Assembly (NCBI GenBank): GCA_900234795.1
Contig: LT962688.1
Location: forward strand, 5,683,513 to 5,715,512
Source: Methylorubrum extorquens
GTDB taxonomy: Bacteria > Pseudomonadota > Alphaproteobacteria > Rhizobiales > Beijerinckiaceae
Direction of reading: 5' to 3'
Length of the DNA: 32,000 nucleotides
The position numbers were made by a program, and so were the translations under genes. Shown here piece after piece: positions 27,426 through 32,000 of the stretch (within the stretch, counting starts at the first letter, position 1; each line of letters opens with the position of its first letter). Below the pieces are notes generated by a model. It did not search any database. It was not told the DNA's origin and worked only from the letters and a program-made list of their open reading frames with translations.

Positions 27426-28142
27426 CTAAAGCTTCTCTTCCTCGAACGCCCTGACCCATTCCGCGCAGATGCCGGAGCGGACGATGTCGTCGAGGGTGAA
27501 CTCCACGATCGGGATCGTCATCATCCGGCTCTTCACGAGGTGGATGACGGTGCGAAGCCCCGAGGTCTCGCGCAGGTCGGTCTGGGACACGTCGCCGTTG
27601 ATGATGACCTGGCAATCGTCGCCGATGCGGGTCAGGAACATCTTGATCTCGGCGGTGGTGGTGTTCTGCGCCTCGTCGAGGATCACGAGGCAGTGCTTGA
27701 ACGTGCGTCCGCGCATCACTTCGAACGGCACCACTTCGATGTCGCCGGCTTTCACCGCGATGTCGAAGGCGGCCGCACCCATGCGCTCTTTCATGGTTTC
27801 GGTGAGCGGCGCGACCCATGGCGCGATCTTCTCTTCAAGCGTGCCGGGGAAGAACCCGAGCGAACGGCCGGACGGCACGTTGGGGCGGGTGATGACGACC
27901 TTCGAAATCCGGCGCTGGCGGAGAAGATCGGCGGCGCGGGTGCCGGCGATGAAAGTCTTTCCGGTGCCGGCCGGTCCTAAGACGATGACTTGCGAAGATG
28001 ACGCGAGGGCGTCGAGGTACTGACCTTGTCGATCGGTCAGTGGTTGGATCGGTGCGGGGTTACGTTCCTCGTCGAAGCGGGTGCGATGCATCCGGATCGG
28101 TCGGTCCTCAACCAGTTCAAGCCGTGCGCGTCGTCTCTTCAT
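27426..28142 (-). CDS. phoH: Short PhoH-family ATPase (PhoH domain only)
   Basis: I place the start at ATG 28142 ('MKRRRARLELVED'), with AGGTGGAG 9 nt upstream. Walker A 'GPAGTGKTF', 'ITRP', Walker B 'LVILDEAQN', 'INGDVSQTDL'. The in-frame 127-codon upstream extension in the track looks non-coding. An alternative start is ATG 28091. Confidence 0.85.
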   Translation of the reverse strand: MKRRRARLELVEDRPIRMHRTRFDEERNPAPIQPLTDRQGQYLDALASSSQVIVLGPAGTGKTFIAGTRAADLLRQRRISKVVITRPNVPSGRSLGFFPGTLEEKIAPWVAPLTETMKERMGAAAFDIAVKAGDIEVVPFEVMRGRTFKHCLVILDEAQNTTTAEIKMFLTRIGDDCQVIINGDVSQTDLRETSGLRTVIHLVKSRMMTIPIVEFTLDDIVRSGICAEWVRAFEEEKL

Positions 28143-28160
28143 GGATCGATACTCCACCTT

Positions 28161-28291
28161 GACTCGTGCGTGACTCTCGCAAACTCGCTTTTTCAACCCG
28201 TCTCGACTTTCGCGACTCTCCTTCGATTCGGCGAAGACATTGCCGATCTTCGTTCGACTGTACGCAAGAGCAAAGCCAAACCCTATGAGTC
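28161..28291. promoter_or_regulatory. Cluster of five GANTC (CcrM-type methylation) sites in the phoH upstream region
   Basis: GACTC 28161-28165, GACTC 28172-28176, GACTC 28214-28218, GATTC 28225-28229 and GAGTC 28287-28291, all hand-indexed. Local G+C is about 53% over 28141-28320. Confidence 0.45.
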
Positions 28292-28510
28292 GGTTCCACG
28301 GCGCAACATGAAGGCTGTGGAGAGCGGCTTTCAGGCAACGCTTCGCCCACGCCGCAAGGGTTGCAGGCGGGGGCGACGGCGGCGTGACGGCTTTGCGAAG
28401 AAGCGATGACCCAAGAAGCGTTGACCTACGCGCCTCTCGGCGCTGCCTGCGGATCGGGACGATCCCTGCCTGGGCCATCGCGGGCGTCGCCCTCCTCGGG
28501 CGGCGGCGCA

Positions 28511-28530
28511 GCCGGCGGATCACCGCCGGC
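28511..28530 (-). terminator. GC-rich hairpin just downstream of the uvrD stop (possible terminator, no U-tract)
   Basis: GCCGGCGG (28511-28518), loop atca, CCGCCGGC (28523-28530). It lies 9 nt after the uvrD stop on the minus strand. No T-run follows, so its function is uncertain. Confidence 0.35.
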
Positions 28531-28538
28531 GGGACGCT

Positions 28539-30928
28539 TCAACCGGGTTGGAGGAAGCTGTCGAGCACCATTTTCCGGCCGGCCTTGTCGAAGTCAACGG
28601 TGAGCTTGTTGCCGTCGATGCCGGCCACGCTGCCGGGTCCGAACTTGGTGTGGAAGACCCGTTGGCCGTGCTCGAAGGTGGAGGGCGCGCCCGTGGATTT
28701 GGCGACCAACTCGCCCTCGATCTCCCGCGGACCGCTCGCGCGGCCACCCCGGCCCTGTCCCCCGTTCAGTCCCCCTCCGAACCCGCCCGAGGTGTTGGCC
28801 TGGGCCCGCTGCCAGCCCGGCGTGCCGTAGGACGAGCCGAACGGCGTCGGGTTGCGGTCGAAGCGTGAGGCGCCGGCCGAGAAATGCGCGGGCGCCTCGA
28901 CCACGTCCACGGCCTGCGGCGGCAACTCGTCGATGAAGCGCGAGGGGATGGTCGAGGACCACAGCCCGTGGATGCGCCGGTTGACGGCGAAGGACAGCTT
29001 GGCGCGCTTGCGGGCGCGGGTGAGCCCGACATGGGCGAGACGCCGTTCCTCCTCCAGGCCCGCCCGCCCGCTCTCGTCGATGGCGCGTTGGTTCGGGAAA
29101 AGGCCGTCCTCCCAGCCCGGCAGGAACACGGTGTCGAATTCGAGCCCCTTGGCGGCGTGCAGCGTCATCAGCGAGACGCGGTCGGCCCCTTCCGCCTCCG
29201 AGGCTTCCATCACGAGGGAGACGTGTTCGAGGAAGGCGGCCATGTCGGGGAATTCCTCCATCGAGCGGACGAATTCCTTGAGGTTTTCGAGCCGCCCGGC
29301 GGCATCGGCCGAACGGTCCTTCTGCCACATCTCGGTGTAGCCGGACTCCTCCAGGATGGTCTGCGCCACCTCCGGATGCGGCTTGGTCTCCACCAGCCGC
29401 ACCCAGCGCGTAAAGCTCTCGACGAGGCCGCGTAGCATCGAGCGGGCCCGCGGCTTCAGCTCGTCGGTCTCGATCAGCTTACGCGCCGCGGCGAGCAGCG
29501 GGATCCGGTCGGCGCGGGCGAAGGCGTGCAGGGTCTGGAGGGTCGCGTCGCCGAGGCCGCGCTTGGGCGTGTTGAAGATGCGCTCGAAGGCGAGGTCGTC
29601 GGCGCCGTTCATGGTGACGCGCAGATAGGCCAGCGCGTCGCGGATCTCGGCGCGCTCGTAGAAGCGCGGGCCGCCGATGACGCGATAGGGCAGGCCAACC
29701 TGAACGAACCGATCCTCGATCTCGCGCATCTGCGCCGAGATCCGCACCAGCACCGCGATCTCCGAGAGCGCGTGCCCCCCTGCGCTGGAGCGACTCGATC
29801 GATTCGGCGACCTGACGCGCCTCCTCTTCGGAATCCCACGAGCCCGTGACCGTGACGGGCTCGCCCGCCTCGTCCTCGGTCCGCAGGGTCTTGCCGAGGC
29901 GGCCCTCGTTCTTGGCGATGAGCCCGGAGGCGGCGGCGAGGATGTGGCCGGTCGAGCGGTAGTTGCGCTCCAGCCGCACCACGGTGGCGCCGGGAAAATC
30001 GTGCTCGAAGCGCAGGATGTTGTCGACCTCGGCGCCGCGCCAGCCGTAGATCGACTGGTCGTCGTCGCCGACGCAGGCGACGTTTTTTCCGCGCCTGGGC
30101 GAGAAGCCTCAACCAGAGATACTGCGCGACGTTGGTGTCCTGGTACTCGTCCACGAGGATGTAGCGGAAGCGGTCCTGGTAATTGGCCAGGATGTCCGGA
30201 TTCTCGCGCCACAGCTTGAGGCAAAGCAGCAGGAGGTCGCCGAAATCGACCGCGTTGAGGGTGGCGAGCCGGGCCTGATACGCCGCGTAGAGCTGCCCGC
30301 CCTTGCCGAAGGCGAAGGACTGCGCCTCGCCCGGCGGCACCTGTTCGGGGCTCAAGCCCCGGTTCTTCCAGCCGTCGATGGTGTGGGCCAGCGAGCGCGC
30401 CGGCCAGCGCTTCTCGTCGATGTTCTGGTCGCTGATGACCTGCTTCATCAGGCGGAGATGGTCGTCGGTGCCGAGAATCGTGAAGTCGGATTTGAGCCCG
30501 ACGAGTTCGGCGTGGCGACGCAGGATCTTGGTGCCGATGGCGTGGAAGGTGCCGAGCCAGGGCATGCCCTCGCCCGCCGGCCCGATCAGCCCGCCGATGC
30601 GGTGCTTCATCTCGCGGGCGGCCTTGTTGGTAAAGGTCACCGAGAGGATGTCGTAGGGCCGCGCCTTGCCGGTGGCGATGAGGTGGGCGATGCGCGTCGT
30701 CAGAACCCGCGTCTTGCCGGTGCCGGCGCCCGCGAGCACGAGCACGGGGCCCTCCGTCGCCTCCACGGCGCGGCGCTGCTCCGGGTTGAGGCCGGAGAGG
30801 TAGGACGCGCCCTCGGGTCGCAGGGCGGCCATAGCGCGGGCGGCGATGGAGGTCGGGGCCGACGGCGCTTCGTCGTCGGACGGGCGCGGCCGGAACGCGC
30901 CGTGCGCGTCGTTGGGCTCTTGCATCAT
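28539..30928 (-). pseudogene. uvrD: DNA helicase II (UvrD/PcrA family) interrupted by two +1 frameshifts
   Basis: Three consecutive minus-strand frames carry collinear UvrD motifs. Frame 1 (30928 to about 30089): 'LAGAGTGKT', 'TFTNKAAREM', 'YILVDEYQDTN'. Frame 2 (about 30087 to 29781): '[13 protein letters not shown]', 'LERNYRST'. Frame 3 (about 29779 to 28539): 'IAVLVR', '[15 protein letters not shown]', 'MTLHAAKGLEF', 'RLAHVGLTRA', Tudor-like tail. The shifts fall in T6 (30083-30088) and C6 (29775-29780). Confidence 0.85.
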
Positions 30929-31026
30929 GCGCGCATCCCTGGACCAAAAGGCGAACGCCGTCGAGACCCGATCCGGAACCGGCGGCCCCCCTCACGCGTC
31001 ACTCGGGAAACCCGAACCCCTCATCA

Positions 31027-31293
31027 ATGAAGGATGCGAGGCCATGCGCGCCCCGTCTCGCCCTCCTTACCCTGCTCACCACCCTGACTCCGGCACTGAC
31101 GCCCGCTTGGGCGCAGAGCCCCGGCAATCGCGGCGCTACGAGCCGGCAGAACCAGTCGTTCGAGTACCAGAACCAGAACCGCAACTTCGAACAGCGCCAG
31201 ACTTTGGAGAACAGTGCCATCCGCAACCAGATCCAGCGGGCGCCGCTCAACGTTCCGCCGCCGGCCGGGCCGTCCTTCGGCATCCGCCGCTGA
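31027..31293 (+). CDS. Small secreted Q/N-rich hypothetical protein (88 aa)
   Basis: Signal peptide 'RLALLTLLTTLTPALTPAWAQ', then 'QNQSFEYQNQNRNFEQRQTLENSAIRNQIQR' and a Pro-rich end. High third-position GC. No clear Shine-Dalgarno sequence. No family recognised. Confidence 0.5.
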   Translation: MKDARPCAPRLALLTLLTTLTPALTPAWAQSPGNRGATSRQNQSFEYQNQNRNFEQRQTLENSAIRNQIQRAPLNVPPPAGPSFGIRR

Positions 31294-31453
31294 CACTCGG
31301 CGAAAGCTTGAGCGTGAGGTGCGGGCCGGCCGCGGCCTGTGCTATGGCCGCAGGAACGCGGGTTTCGCGCCGTTCAAAAGGCATCGGCCCTTCGAACGCG
31401 TGTGACACGCGAACGAAGTCCTGCGGTCCGCAGGCCAGGCGGAAGCGATAACG

Positions 31454-32000
31454 GTGCGTGATTCCCTGACCGCGCTCGCGGGCGCCGTCGTGCTGGTTCT
31501 CGTGGCGGCCCTTGCGGTGCCGCCGTTCATCGACTGGTCGGCTCATCGCGCGCTGATCGACCGCACGTTGAGCGACTCCCTCGGAGCCGGTGCCCGCAGC
31601 GAGGGCACCATCGACCTGCGCCTGCTGCCCTCGCCGCACCTTCGCCTCGCGCGCCTCCGGCTCGGCGCCGAGGACGGGCCGGCCCTCGACGCGCAGGCGG
31701 TCGATGCGGAGATCGCGCTGGCCCCCCTGCTCAAAGGCGAGGTCCGCTTCGTCCAGACCTCGGTCGAGCGCGCCGGGCTTACCCTGCCGGTCTCCGACGA
31801 AGCGCTGCTGCTGCCGCGCGAACCGCAGACGCTGCGCCGCGACATCGTCATCGACGACCTGCGCATCCGGCGCCTCACGGTCGCCACTCTGCGGACGGGC
31901 GAGGCGCCGCAGGAGCAGTTCGCGGCCGAGAACCTGCGCCTCAGGGCGCCGGCGCTGGCCGGACCCTGGCTTGCGGAGGACGGCGAAGGAAGCCCGTTCC
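31454..32000 (+). CDS. AsmA-family outer-membrane biogenesis protein, 5' part (runs off the window)
   Basis: GTG 31454 follows an in-frame stop at 31403, and the frame stays open to the window end with high GC3. N-terminal TM anchor plus 'PPFIDWSAHRALIDRTLSDSLGAGARSEGTIDLRLLPSPHLRL' resembles AsmA-family N-termini (from memory). Not in the track because it has no stop. Confidence 0.5.
   Translation, partial: MRDSLTALAGAVVLVLVAALAVPPFIDWSAHRALIDRTLSDSLGAGARSEGTIDLRLLPSPHLRLARLRLGAEDGPALDAQAVDAEIALAPLLKGEVRFVQTSVERAGLTLPVSDEALLLPREPQTLRRDIVIDDLRIRRLTVATLRTGEAPQEQFAAENLRLRAPALAGPWLAEDGEGSPF

Noticed and set aside
28143-28523. 127-codon N-terminal extension of the PhoH ORF (track ORF 27426-28523).
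   Set aside because: The translation is Arg-rich junk with low third-position GC. A strong AGGTGGAG Shine-Dalgarno sequence sits just before the internal ATG at 28142, and the PhoH domain begins shortly after it. I treat the region as upstream non-coding sequence.
29780-30995. N-terminal half of the 818-aa track ORF 28539-30995.
   Set aside because: Only the C-terminal part (from '[11 protein letters not shown]') carries UvrD motifs. The upstream part is an out-of-frame read-through of the genuine uvrD N-terminal region, which lies in two other frames.
1-32000. Mobile elements, CRISPR arrays, integrases, toxin-antitoxin pairs and known defence-system gene sets.
   Set aside because: No direct-repeat arrays, terminal inverted repeats, or transposase, integrase or Cas-like ORFs were seen. 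The UvrD, PhoH and exonuclease genes are separated by unrelated genes or long gaps. They look like stand-alone loci, with uvrD a core gene, rather than one operon.

Overview
High-GC (about 70%) chromosomal segment. Gene content and protein sequences look alphaproteobacterial, Rhizobiales or Methylobacterium-like; that taxon call is my inference, not a search result. The window is mostly core housekeeping and transport genes, tightly packed on both strands. On the minus strand: a GT2 glycosyltransferase, an adenylate-forming ligase, a GNAT, and a partial Yej-type peptide importer (two tandem family-5 binding proteins plus YejB only). Then a membrane-anchored cytochrome c, kdsB, pheA, grpE and glnD. 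Next comes a sulfonate/taurine-type ABC importer interrupted by a LysE exporter, followed by OsmC, an OmpR-family response regulator with its histidine kinase, and a small membrane protein. The last third holds a DUF2161-like PD-(D/E)XK protein, glnE, a DEDDh exonuclease fused to a SWIM zinc finger, aqpZ, a short PhoH-like ATPase, uvrD, a small secreted Q/N-rich protein and the 5' end of an AsmA-like gene. I found no rRNA, tRNA, CRISPR array, transposase, integrase or long repeat. I did not find a convincing multi-gene novel system. The observations most worth follow-up: (1) uvrD is broken into three frames by two +1 insertions, each in a 6-nt homopolymer. (2) About 400 bp upstream of phoH is unusually low in GC (about 53%) and carries five GANTC (CcrM-type) sites within 131 bp. 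(3) The exonuclease-SWIM fusion and the DUF2161-like nuclease-fold protein flank glnE. (4) A 370-bp gap upstream of aqpZ has CU-rich motifs in or next to hairpins. (5) The Yej importer lacks its second permease and its ATPase in this window. The many long alternative-frame and antisense ORFs in the track are normal artefacts of high GC content.
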